Part shown: positions 18,040-27,648 of the stretch, piece by piece
Numbering within the stretch: position 1 is the first letter of the stretch
How the letters are laid out: the number at the start of each line of letters is the position of its first letter
NCBI GenBank assembly: GCA_003649235.1
Contig: QMRG01000003.1
Span: forward strand, 1 to 40,953
Length of the DNA: 40,953 bases
Direction: 5' to 3'
DNA from: Thermoprotei archaeon
GTDB taxonomy: Archaea; Thermoproteota; Thermoprotei; Thermofilales; B69-G16
Notes under the pieces: generated by a model
What the model was told of the DNA's origin: nothing
Database searches by the model: none
What the model saw: only the letters and a program-made list of their open reading frames with translations
Made by a program: the position numbers and the translations under genes

Positions 18040-19299
18040 TTACACCTCATACTCTACTTTCATCGGAGCCTTTATAGATTTTAACGCTAAAGGCACTAGC
18101 TTCAATCCGCTAATTCGTTCATATAATCTCTTGGCAACAGTATTATCGTAATGAGATATGAGGTAGCCTAATCTTTTAGCACCTTCTTCGTCGGTCATTA
18201 GGACTCTAACTCCCATCTCCATCATAAACTCAGATTTATAGAGCATCGAGGCGATCTTCTTCCCGTAGTAGAACATATCCTCGCCGAACTCTCTCCACCA
18301 AATTTTTTTATATTCCTTTAATACCTCAGGTTCCCCTTTGTCCAAAGCCTTTTTTACGATTTCTGCAGCGATAGCCGCTCCATAAATAGCACCATACAAT
18401 CCTTCTCCAGTAACTGGATGTACAAAGCCAGCGGCGTCTCCTACAGCTAACAGACGATATTCTATTGAATATGTCTTCTTCCTCGGTACATCGCCGAAAG
18501 GTATCAACCATGCCCTATCATAATCAACTTTTAAATCTCCGGGTAAAACTCTGACTTTTTTAGCTTTCTCTATAAATTCTTGAAACATCTTCCCGTGATT
18601 CTTAAAGTATTTTAGATTAGTCCCTATACCGATGTTCAAATATCCTTTTTTTGGAAATACCCATCCGTAACCAGTAGGTGCAGCTCCAAAAAACAAGAAT
18701 ATAGGCCTAGACATTCTATCGCTCCAAAGCCTAAAAACTTTCTCCATATCATACGGACATTCGGTACCCCAACATGCTCCTAACTGTTCAACTCGTAGCG
18801 GAGGCAAGCCAACTTTCTCTCCCAATCTATCCTGAACTCCATTCGCCAATATGATATAGCTAGATTCGTACTTCTCGCTGTCCAGCGTTTCGACAAGAAC
18901 TCTTTCATCCACCTTTTTTACGTTAGTGACAGTCTTTTTCTCCTTTAATTCCGCTCCTTCAGACTCTGCAATTTCCATCAATTTTTTATCAAAAACTGAA
19001 CGTCTAACTAAACCGCCGTATTTTCTCAATTTTTCTCCATATCTTATTATCAATTCTCTGCCTTTAGGAGAAAACACTATAAAACCGTCTATTTTAAGCT
19101 CTATAGCCTCACTAACTTCCTTTGAAACATGTTCTACTAAAAACTTTTCCACACCATAAGTTACGCCACCGCCGCAGAACTTATCTCGTTCCTTTCTACT
19201 CTTCTCTAAAACTAAAGTTTTAAGACCTAGACGAGCAGCTATAGTAGCCGCTACGGAGCCTGAAGGACCAGCACCCACTATTATTAAATCATAAACCAC
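18040..19299 (-). CDS. Geranylgeranyl reductase family flavoprotein (DGGGPL reductase-like)
   Basis: IVGAGPSGS, RDKFCGGG, GYGWVFPK and VGDAAGFVHPVTGEG motifs. GGTGA RBS before the GTG start. Confidence 0.9.
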   Translation of the reverse strand: MVYDLIIVGAGPSGSVAATIAARLGLKTLVLEKSRKERDKFCGGGVTYGVEKFLVEHVSKEVSEAIELKIDGFIVFSPKGRELIIRYGEKLRKYGGLVRRSVFDKKLMEIAESEGAELKEKKTVTNVKKVDERVLVETLDSEKYESSYIILANGVQDRLGEKVGLPPLRVEQLGACWGTECPYDMEKVFRLWSDRMSRPIFLFFGAAPTGYGWVFPKKGYLNIGIGTNLKYFKNHGKMFQEFIEKAKKVRVLPGDLKVDYDRAWLIPFGDVPRKKTYSIEYRLLAVGDAAGFVHPVTGEGLYGAIYGAAIAAEIVKKALDKGEPEVLKEYKKIWWREFGEDMFYYGKKIASMLYKSEFMMEMGVRVLMTDEEGAKRLGYLISHYDNTVAKRLYERISGLKLVPLALKSIKAPMKVEYEV

Positions 19300-19419
19300 A
19301 GTATCACCTAAGCTAGCAAATAATGGCTATTAATAGTTGTCTTATATTTCTTCTAATATTTCTATCTCTTTTAAATTTCCTAAATATAAGGACTGGTAAT
19401 GAATTATAAATTTTAAATG

Positions 19420-20481
19420 TTAAATACTGATATACTTTGTAATTTCTTTAAAACGTTTCAAACCAACAATTTTAACTAAAATATCTCGGTTAAGCCTAGC
19501 TCTATTTCTTAAAAATAAGATCTTTTTAGCAGTTCTAGGCCCTACTCCAGGTATTTTCAGCAATTCTTCATAAGAAGCGGAGTTTAGATCAACAGGATAG
19601 AGATTCTTATGCTCTCTTGCATATTCTTCTTTCAAATTCTTGAAATCTTTAAGCATATTGCTATCGTCTAACAATAATTCAAAATCCTTTAAAGTAAAGC
19701 CATAATCCCTTATAAGGTAAAAAGCCTGATAAAGTCGTCTAACCCGCTTAGATGAACATGGCAAAAGCTTTTCAAGAGGAGTATCAGGTATAGGCTCAAA
19801 TGGACTGTAAAAGACTCTAGCTAGTTTATGCTTCTTAACTAGAAACTCAGTCAGTTTTAATATTTCAAAATCAGTATTCCCTACTCCAACTATGAGCTGG
19901 GTTGCAACTCCGGCTTTTAAAAGTCCTTTCTCTCTACCTATCTTAGAGGCAATCTTTAAAATTCTAAGGATATCATATTTATAACTGCCTTTATCAGGTG
20001 CAATCTCGTAAAAAACATCAGGAGTTGCAGCTTCTACGTTAACTCCGACTCTATCAGCAACTCTACAAGCTTCCTCAATTAGATATCTTGGAGTTCCAGG
20101 CATAAGCCGCAAGTTTATATAACCTGTAAAACCTCTAGTTCTTAACATCTTAGCAACTTCGATCTCCTTCTCGACGACGTCTTCTGGATCTTTAAAAACG
20201 CTAGAAGAAAGGAAAAATCCGGAAATTCTACCTCTCTTCCATAATTCCAGTACTTTATCGACTAATTTTTCGATTTTCCAAAAAGATCTATAAACTCTCC
20301 TTCCCTTTCGAAATGCACAATATCTACATTCATTCACACAGTAAGAGGCAAGCAAAGTTTTAAAAAGTGGGACGCGGCGTCCCTTATACCATGACAGGTA
20401 AATTGGAGAATCCCAATCCCATCTAGACATAGCTACTAGAGCTTCTTCCTTGCCGAGCCATTTGCTCAGCGTTACTTCCAT
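19420..20481 (-). CDS. Radical SAM protein with C-terminal helix-hairpin-helix (putative DNA modification/repair family)
   Basis: CVNECRYC cluster motif, GFFLSSSV, ADRVGVNVE, TQLIVG, RLYQA, and HhH PVDLNSASYEELLKIPGVG. Confidence 0.88.
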   Translation of the reverse strand: MEVTLSKWLGKEEALVAMSRWDWDSPIYLSWYKGRRVPLFKTLLASYCVNECRYCAFRKGRRVYRSFWKIEKLVDKVLELWKRGRISGFFLSSSVFKDPEDVVEKEIEVAKMLRTRGFTGYINLRLMPGTPRYLIEEACRVADRVGVNVEAATPDVFYEIAPDKGSYKYDILRILKIASKIGREKGLLKAGVATQLIVGVGNTDFEILKLTEFLVKKHKLARVFYSPFEPIPDTPLEKLLPCSSKRVRRLYQAFYLIRDYGFTLKDFELLLDDSNMLKDFKNLKEEYAREHKNLYPVDLNSASYEELLKIPGVGPRTAKKILFLRNRARLNRDILVKIVGLKRFKEITKYISI

Positions 20482-20549
20482 CAAATATATTCCTTAAAAT
20501 TATCTTTATTAAAATAATAGAGCTGATAGTGTGTGTAGAGTGAAAGTAT

Positions 20550-22601
20550 TTAGCTTTTCTTTTGAATACTACCTTTTCTCTTTAAATATGCTACTATTCC
20601 TATGGCAATGATTACTGCAATAACAGTAAGCACGTAAAAGGTATAATCTTTCTTCTCTTCTTCGACAACGTTCTCTTTTTCAAGTACTATAGTATAACTC
20701 TTTTCTTCTGAAGCCTCTATTTCTATCGTTCTGCCTTTATATCCTACCGCCTTAACACGCACAAGATACTTCCCGGGCAACAATTCCACACCATCTGTAC
20801 CATTATTTAAAGGAGAGTATACAGCTACAAGGTAACCGTTTTCATTCAAGAAATACGCAGTATAATTTTCTACTTCAACGCCTTCTTCGCCCTGCACTAT
20901 TAACTTTACCTTAACTTTCTTAATTACTTCAATAGGTAGCACAATAGTTATATTCGTGTTTCTTCGCACTTCAACTACTTGTTTAACAACAGCATCTTTC
21001 TTCACTACTAAGAGTTCATAATCTCCCTCTTTTACGCTAAACGAGCAAATTCCGTCGACGTCAGTAATATTCTCGGATAAAAATTCACCGCTATACTTGT
21101 ATAATACTACACTGGCATTAGCTACGTTAATCCCCATCAAATCTTCAACTTTAACGCTTAACTTGAATATCTTAGATCTCATTCTTATTCGAATGTGAGT
21201 GTCACTGGTTAAATTAATAATCTTCATGACGTCGAAGAAATCTTCCTTTGAAGTTATGATCGTGTAGACTCCCTCTGGTACTATTTGACTCCAACTTCCG
21301 TTCTGTAGTATTATACTGAGGCCTAGTTCTTTAATAGTTAAATTAACATTATCTAAAGAGTTATTATTATTATGATCTAAAACAGTTATACTCAAGGTGT
21401 GATATTTAATTTCTTCAGGCTTTTCCACCTTCTTTTTCATATACTGATACACTAGCATTGAAGTTCGAGAATACACTACGATTTTCCCAGCATCTTCCGA
21501 GAAGGCTATTTTCTTATTACGGTTGCTTACAGGTATTTGGTAGCTTAAACCTCCCTGTTTATAGACCACTATTTTGGCTAAAGGATCGCCATTTCTATAG
21601 TGATATACTAAAATGGTAAAGTTACTTGCTAAGAAAACTTTACGTAAATCGCTTTTACGCTTCGGGATTCTAATCCTCTTTGTGTAGACAATTTTTAATT
21701 CTGGATTCACTATTTTCACTATAGTTTGATCTTCACTCTCTTCTTCATAATAGAGATATTTTCCATCGGGGGAGAAGCCACGGAATACGCCTATTTCCGT
21801 AGTTGATAATTCCTTAATCTTCTCGAGTCTATGTTCAGCAAAATTCGCTTTGTACTTTACTATTTTATCTGTATAAACTACGCCTAATTCACTTAGATCA
21901 TCTGGCAGGAATATATCGAGGACATGTTTTTCTCTTTCAACTCTAAGCAGGAGTTTGCCGTCTGCAATGTTAAAATATTTAATGTATTTCTCTTTAGCCG
22001 AAAGACAAGAGTAGCAGAAAGTCTCAGTAGTTAATGAGATGAGCTTATTCTCATCAGTAATAAGTATCCTATGAACATCCTTAACCACTTTCGATATTTT
22101 TCTAATATCATTCTTCTCCAGATCTACTAGGTAAATATAGTTTTTAGGACTCCCTCTACTCTCTCTAACCCCGCCAAGAGCTACATACCGTTCATTTTTT
22201 GCAAATGCTACAACTCGTATCTTGCTTTCAACTTCAAATTCTTTAATATCCTCAGCAGTTAGGTTTATTATAACAAACTTACGTGGAGCTTCCTGTTCAA
22301 AGTATAACAGTTTTCCAGAGGGAGAAAAACCTGCTATCTGAATATCTCCGAAGGCATTATATCTGCCAATAATGGTATTATTCCTATATACCAGTAGACT
22401 ATTATTTCCAAGGAAGATTGCCATTAATGTACCATTCCTGGATAACGTTAAGTATCTTATTTCATAGTTAAATGTGTAATTATAGGTCAAAAAATAATCC
22501 CAATAGTATTCCTCGACTTCTTCTTCAGCTAATGATATCGGGAGGTAAATACTGGATATGGACGTAGTTAATATTAGGATTAGCAATAGTATTTTCTTCA
22601 T
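20550..22601 (-). CDS. Large cell-surface protein: beta-propeller plus tandem PEGA/carboxypeptidase-regulatory-like Ig domains and C-terminal TM anchor
   Basis: Signal peptide, WD-like repeats (LSRNG, FSPSG, FSPDG, FSEDA), three (P/E)G.Y.(I/L/V) beta-sandwich repeats, TM helix with basic tail, and many N-x-S/T sequons. Confidence 0.75.
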   Translation of the reverse strand: MKKILLLILILTTSISSIYLPISLAEEEVEEYYWDYFLTYNYTFNYEIRYLTLSRNGTLMAIFLGNNSLLVYRNNTIIGRYNAFGDIQIAGFSPSGKLLYFEQEAPRKFVIINLTAEDIKEFEVESKIRVVAFAKNERYVALGGVRESRGSPKNYIYLVDLEKNDIRKISKVVKDVHRILITDENKLISLTTETFCYSCLSAKEKYIKYFNIADGKLLLRVEREKHVLDIFLPDDLSELGVVYTDKIVKYKANFAEHRLEKIKELSTTEIGVFRGFSPDGKYLYYEEESEDQTIVKIVNPELKIVYTKRIRIPKRKSDLRKVFLASNFTILVYHYRNGDPLAKIVVYKQGGLSYQIPVSNRNKKIAFSEDAGKIVVYSRTSMLVYQYMKKKVEKPEEIKYHTLSITVLDHNNNNSLDNVNLTIKELGLSIILQNGSWSQIVPEGVYTIITSKEDFFDVMKIINLTSDTHIRIRMRSKIFKLSVKVEDLMGINVANASVVLYKYSGEFLSENITDVDGICSFSVKEGDYELLVVKKDAVVKQVVEVRRNTNITIVLPIEVIKKVKVKLIVQGEEGVEVENYTAYFLNENGYLVAVYSPLNNGTDGVELLPGKYLVRVKAVGYKGRTIEIEASEEKSYTIVLEKENVVEEEKKDYTFYVLTVIAVIIAIGIVAYLKRKGSIQKKS

Positions 22602-22644
22602 AATCTCTATTCTCCAAATAGTAAATGTAAATATAAATTTCCCG

Positions 22645-23568
22645 CTATTCCAATCTAGGATAAACTACAATACTCTGCCTGCCTCTCATTAACCCCACTC
22701 TTACAGTATCACCTCTTCTTTTTCTAGCTATAAACTCCTGTAAATCTTTAACATTAAACACAGGTTCTCCATCTATAGTTAAAATCACATCACCAACTCT
22801 AATACCGCTCCTTTCAGCAGGAGAACCTGGTTGGACATAAACCACCAGGGCTCCTCTCTCAACTGGCAGATTATAATGTCTCGCTAAATCGACGGTAACG
22901 TCGACGCAGCTAACGCCGAGAAAGGCTCTTCTAATTCTCCCATATTGAAGTAGCTGGTTTAGAGAATCCTTTATACCATTTATAGGTATGGCGAAGCCGA
23001 TGCCTTGAGCGAAAGGTACTATAGCCGTATTAATGCCTACTACTTCCCCTTGTAGATTCACTAAAGGTCCTCCACTATTCCCTGGATTTATAGCTGCATC
23101 GGTCTGTATCATGTTTTCTAAAACTACCGTAGGAGATTTTATCGTCCTGTTCAAAGCACTTATAACACCCATGGTAACAGTAGGAGGGCCTTTGAGACCT
23201 AAAGGATTCCCCATCGCTAAAACTATCTGACCGACTTTAAGCTTATCCGAATCACCTAGTTTTAGCGGTTTTAACCCCACGTCTCGGGCTAATTTTAATA
23301 AGGCAAAATCACGGCTAGGATCGCGACCTATTACTTGTGCATCTACTAAACTACCATCTCGTAAAACCACTTTTACTCTTTGAACATTTGCGACTACATG
23401 ATTTGAAGTAGCTATATAATTACCATCATATACTACGAATCCAGACCCTATCCCCTTAAGGGGAAGAGGGATCAAAAATAAGTCTATAATCTTTACCGTA
23501 GTTATCCCTACAACGCTAGGACTCACCTTCTCCACTACTTTAGTTATAACTTTTTCCAGTTCGAACAT
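22645..23568 (-). CDS. htrA: HtrA/DegP-like trypsin serine protease with PDZ domain
   Basis: GSGFV, TSNHVV, DFALLK, QTDAAINPGNSGGPL, and PDZ GSPAERSGIRVGDVI. No signal peptide. Confidence 0.93.
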   Translation of the reverse strand: MFELEKVITKVVEKVSPSVVGITTVKIIDLFLIPLPLKGIGSGFVVYDGNYIATSNHVVANVQRVKVVLRDGSLVDAQVIGRDPSRDFALLKLARDVGLKPLKLGDSDKLKVGQIVLAMGNPLGLKGPPTVTMGVISALNRTIKSPTVVLENMIQTDAAINPGNSGGPLVNLQGEVVGINTAIVPFAQGIGFAIPINGIKDSLNQLLQYGRIRRAFLGVSCVDVTVDLARHYNLPVERGALVVYVQPGSPAERSGIRVGDVILTIDGEPVFNVKDLQEFIARKRRGDTVRVGLMRGRQSIVVYPRLE

Positions 23569-23605
23569 TTGATTCCCTTCGAATACTACAAATAATGTCT
23601 ATTAT

Positions 23606-24700
23606 TTAACTCTTGGTCTTGCTATTTTCTGCTTTTTTAGCCTTTATTCTACTGATACCGTACACAGGTATAACGCTTAACACTATGAAAAGCACAAATA
23701 GGAACGTTATAGTAAAAGGCTTTGATGCTATCAGAGAAGGAGGAGTCTCAGTTTTTTCCTCTACTAGGTCTATAGTTTTGAGGTCTAAAAGATAATCTTC
23801 GTACCAAACTTCAATTTTAATCTTCTTCTGTCCTTCTAAAGGAGCAGGAATGAAAACTGCTTTTTGTTCATTTTCTGCAAGATATATTTTCCTTGTAACA
23901 TCTAATTTTTCTCCAACAAGTCTAACGAAGAAGTAGCCTGGCTTTCCTAACTGTCTCACAATAACATTAACTCCTTCAATTTTAACCTCTGCATCGATTA
24001 TTTCAACTTTATACCCGGTTATTTTCTCAGGCAGTTTTAAATCAGGAATATACAAGTCTAAAATATAGACGTTGGGTGCTTCTGGTTCATTATAGTTTAT
24101 CCAGAGTATCCTAGTCTCCGAGGTTTCACTGGGCTCTTTCGCCGTTTTAGGCTCCCAGGTATAAGATATTAACTTAACCTGAGGATCTAATTTTATCTCG
24201 ATGACGTCTATCCAGCTTCTAGGATCGCTACTAGTAAAACTATCTCTTATCCTTATGCGGTAAGTACTATCTTCCAGTTTTTCAACATATTCTGTTGTAT
24301 TGAGATATATCAAAACCTCTATTACATATGCGCCTTTAAACTGAACCATTTGACGTGTTCCATAAACGTCACACATGACGTATTCTTCATCATCTTTATA
24401 CACATGCGATATTATCTCATACTTCACTCTCTTAGGATCAGAAGTAAACAATAGAAGAGCAAACATTACATAAAGATCTTCTCCCGTTTTAAGCTCCTCC
24501 TCTACTTCAGGCTTCCCAAACCAACTTTCTCCCTCTACCGTAAATGGGTGAAGTTTCTGCTTAACAATAACAGTACCATCGGCGTTAAAATATAATTCAA
24601 AATTTAAGGCATACCATAATTCCTGTCCTTCAACTCTAACTGTGAATATCGGAACGCATAACAGCAAAGATAAAATTAGGATAGATAAAAATCTCTTCAC
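23606..24700 (-). CDS. Secreted, C-terminally membrane-anchored hypothetical protein
   Basis: Signal peptide, acidic beta-rich body and C-terminal TM helix. Its start overlaps the transglutaminase stop; GGGTGA RBS. Confidence 0.75.
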   Translation of the reverse strand: MKRFLSILILSLLLCVPIFTVRVEGQELWYALNFELYFNADGTVIVKQKLHPFTVEGESWFGKPEVEEELKTGEDLYVMFALLLFTSDPKRVKYEIISHVYKDDEEYVMCDVYGTRQMVQFKGAYVIEVLIYLNTTEYVEKLEDSTYRIRIRDSFTSSDPRSWIDVIEIKLDPQVKLISYTWEPKTAKEPSETSETRILWINYNEPEAPNVYILDLYIPDLKLPEKITGYKVEIIDAEVKIEGVNVIVRQLGKPGYFFVRLVGEKLDVTRKIYLAENEQKAVFIPAPLEGQKKIKIEVWYEDYLLDLKTIDLVEEKTETPPSLIASKPFTITFLFVLFIVLSVIPVYGISRIKAKKAENSKTKS

Positions 24701-25710
24701 TAATCACCCCTCCTAAAATCCAGCTCAATATATTCTAGTTCAAGATAGCTGGGAATTATAAACTCTAGGAGTCCGCTTCCATAGAATGTCCTGCCTTCAA
24801 CTCCAAATGGTACGTGAAGATTCGTAAAATCGCCTATTTTAGGTTGGTTTAAGTCTTCTAGCATTTCAACATCTATCCATCCCCAAGGAGGCACGTATAT
24901 CTGAACCCACATATGTCCTCCCCAGTGGGTAAGCAAATTCATACCCTCTTGTAGCGACGCGTTTAACCAATGTTTCTCTTCATATGTTGTTAATAAAAAT
25001 CCGAAAACCGTTCTAGCTGGCAGGCCTAAGATGCGAGCCATAGTTACGTAAGTATCTGCAACTTCTACGCAATCCCCGTGAACGGCTAAACCCAAGCCCT
25101 TTTTAACAATGGCGTGATCCGAGCCTCTTCTTCCTCCTGTAATTTCATATATCAAATGATCTTGAATCCATCTAGCTATCTTCTCGGCAGTCTCCAATGG
25201 ATTATCGCTATACGCCACATTATAGGCTAGATTCCTTAAGGTTTCATTATCAATATTCCAGTAAATACTGTCATCTGTATATATCCTAGCTATATCCAGC
25301 GGAGGCCATAAAGCCTCTTCTTTTTTTAAAAAAACTTTATACCCACTAACTTTTATAGTATATGTTAGATTTATCCACAACTTATCTCCAGGCTCTACCT
25401 CTACAAAAATTAGCGCAAAAACATTACCTTCCTCATCGCTTTCAAATCTTAAAGGTTTAGGTTCTATATTTAAAATTCTACAATAAACTCTACTCGTGTT
25501 TCGCGGTATTGATACATAGACATATTCTCTCACGACTCTGTCTAGTTTATTAACGAGAAGGGCTTTTTCATAAACCATATACGTGTAATTGTAATACTCT
25601 ATCCTAGTCTCAGCAAGAGCCTCTGTCGTTCTATCTTTATACACTATAGTGTTTGAGGGTAGCAGGAAAGCTAGTAAAAGAATGGTCGTGATGATATATC
25701 TTTTTTCCAT
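24700..25710 (-). CDS. Secreted transglutaminase-like (Cys-His-Asp) protein
   Basis: GDCVEVA...ARILGLPARTVFG, GHMWVQIYVPPWGWIDVE, and an N-terminal signal peptide. Confidence 0.88.
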   Translation of the reverse strand: MEKRYIITTILLLAFLLPSNTIVYKDRTTEALAETRIEYYNYTYMVYEKALLVNKLDRVVREYVYVSIPRNTSRVYCRILNIEPKPLRFESDEEGNVFALIFVEVEPGDKLWINLTYTIKVSGYKVFLKKEEALWPPLDIARIYTDDSIYWNIDNETLRNLAYNVAYSDNPLETAEKIARWIQDHLIYEITGGRRGSDHAIVKKGLGLAVHGDCVEVADTYVTMARILGLPARTVFGFLLTTYEEKHWLNASLQEGMNLLTHWGGHMWVQIYVPPWGWIDVEMLEDLNQPKIGDFTNLHVPFGVEGRTFYGSGLLEFIIPSYLELEYIELDFRRGD

Positions 25711-25797
25711 ACATATGAAGACTTGATTTCAGCATATAAAAGTTTAAGCATGCCATATGGGAATAGTTAAATTGAACTAAATACATTAGAATTAATA

Positions 25798-26358
25798 ATG
25801 AGAATCCACAAATTGTCGACTATAGTCCTATTACTACTAATCTTATTTTCAATAGTGGTGATGGCAAATCCTTCTAAAGAAGAAAAATGTGTATCGCTAT
25901 CCTGTGTAGGAGAAGACCATTTAGAAGCTGAAGAGGCTAAAAGGAGAGCTGGCAATCCCTGCTGGGGTTGGTTAGCGACGCACACATATCCTCTTTCATA
26001 TAAGATGAGAGTTTCGAAAATAGATGTTAAAGTAACAATAGGCCCATTAGATATCCCTGGTAGAGAAGGAAGATTATTTATAGAAACGAGTTTAGACGGC
26101 GAGAACTGGAAAATTGTTAAATCATTTCGCGTAAGGTCTGGCGAAGAGTATGAATTCGAAGTAGAACTGGAAAATCCTAGAGATGCTGAATATATTAGGC
26201 TTAGAGTTGATCCACCACCTTATGTTGGTGAATGGCTTTCAGTAGACTTCTCATCGCTTACTATTTGTGAAACTATTGAGAAAACTGGTATATGCAACGT
26301 TACGTTATTTTCTGTAATCATAGCGGCTCTGACACTGTTATTAAAATTTAAGGTTTAA
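25798..26358 (+). CDS. Secreted, membrane-anchored discoidin (F5/8 type C)-like domain protein
   Basis: Signal peptide, IETSLDGENWKIV and AEYIRLRV jelly-roll motifs, hydrophobic C-terminus. Confidence 0.6.
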   Translation: MRIHKLSTIVLLLLILFSIVVMANPSKEEKCVSLSCVGEDHLEAEEAKRRAGNPCWGWLATHTYPLSYKMRVSKIDVKVTIGPLDIPGREGRLFIETSLDGENWKIVKSFRVRSGEEYEFEVELENPRDAEYIRLRVDPPPYVGEWLSVDFSSLTICETIEKTGICNVTLFSVIIAALTLLLKFKV

Positions 26359-26493
26359 TATTTCACTTTTTAGTACAAAAATGTTAAAAATATTATGTCT
26401 ATATTTATCATTTTTCTACCTATTTTTTAGATAATTTCTTCTATTTTTACAAGAAGGAATATATTTATTAAGTAAAAGTTTCTCTATGTTCTC

Positions 26494-27648
26494 ATGGAAA
26501 TATTAATGGTACAGATGACTGGCAACTACCCTCTAGATATAGGGGGGCCGGCTACAGTAGCTTATTACATAGCGTATAACTTGGCTTTACGGAATGTGGA
26601 GGTCTCGATGCTTATCCGTATAAAAGAACAGAACGAGTTAAAGGAACTGAGAAAAACTAGCGAATTTCAGATCTTAGAAGAAAAGATTAACATTATACCT
26701 GTAACTATGAAATACGATTTTAAAAATATGGTGAATATACCAGCGGTCCTGTATAAGATATATAAGGTAACCCGAGACTTTAATCCGGAAAAATACGATA
26801 TAATACATTATAACTCTCCTCCGGTAGACATAACGTTATTATATCCTCTCAAATCTAAGGGAAAAACTAAACAGACTATAGCCATACATGGAGGATTGTT
26901 TTATGAAAGTGGAAATTTCATCGGCCGCTCCATTATGAGGAGATATTCGAATCTGTTTCAGAGAGTTATAGCTCTAAACGAATTTTCTAAAAAATTAGCG
27001 TTAAAAGCTGGTTTTGTAGAATCTATTATTGAGAAAATACCTAATGGGGTCGATATAGATTATTTTAATAAAGTAAATAAAATCTCTTTAGATGGCGATC
27101 CTTCTTTAGTATATGCTGGAAGATTGACTAAAGTTAAAGGTGTGGATATCCTCCTGGAGGCTTTTCATCTTTTCTTGAAAACTCATCCTAAAGCCCATCT
27201 TTATGTTATTGGAAATGGAAAAGAAAGAGCATATTTAGCTAAATTAGTAGAAAGATTGAATTTATCAGAAAATGTGACATTTACAGGCTTTATTCCATCA
27301 ATTAGAAAAGTTCATGAGTTTATAAAATCGGCCGATATCTTCGTTTTACCTTCATATATGGAAAATTTCAGCATCTCACTGCTAGAAGCTATGGCTTCTA
27401 AAACTCCTATAATAGCATCTGATGCAGAAGGCAACCTAGAAGTGCTTGTAGGGAAAACTGCGTTATTTTTCCGTCGAGGGGATAGTAGAGATTTAGCGGA
27501 AAAAATTAGAGTATTAGCTGAAGATGAAGAATATCGTAGCAAGCTCGCTGAAGAGGCTTATAATCTAGCAATTAAAGAGTATTCCTGGGATGTGGTTACA
27601 AATCGTTATCTTCAAGTTTTCCAAAATCTAGTAGGAGAAAGTCGATGA
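26494..27648 (+). CDS. Glycosyltransferase family 4
   Basis: DIGGP, IPNGVD, YAGRLTKVKG and PSYMENFSISLLEAMAS motifs. Confidence 0.93.
   Translation: MEILMVQMTGNYPLDIGGPATVAYYIAYNLALRNVEVSMLIRIKEQNELKELRKTSEFQILEEKINIIPVTMKYDFKNMVNIPAVLYKIYKVTRDFNPEKYDIIHYNSPPVDITLLYPLKSKGKTKQTIAIHGGLFYESGNFIGRSIMRRYSNLFQRVIALNEFSKKLALKAGFVESIIEKIPNGVDIDYFNKVNKISLDGDPSLVYAGRLTKVKGVDILLEAFHLFLKTHPKAHLYVIGNGKERAYLAKLVERLNLSENVTFTGFIPSIRKVHEFIKSADIFVLPSYMENFSISLLEAMASKTPIIASDAEGNLEVLVGKTALFFRRGDSRDLAEKIRVLAEDEEYRSKLAEEAYNLAIKEYSWDVVTNRYLQVFQNLVGESR

Noticed and set aside
26373-26384. GTACAAAAATGT identical to 9763-9774, as a second TRP box
   Set aside because: It lacks the full TGTACA, lies before a glycosyltransferase, and exact 12-mer repeats are expected by chance in 41 kb of AT-rich DNA.
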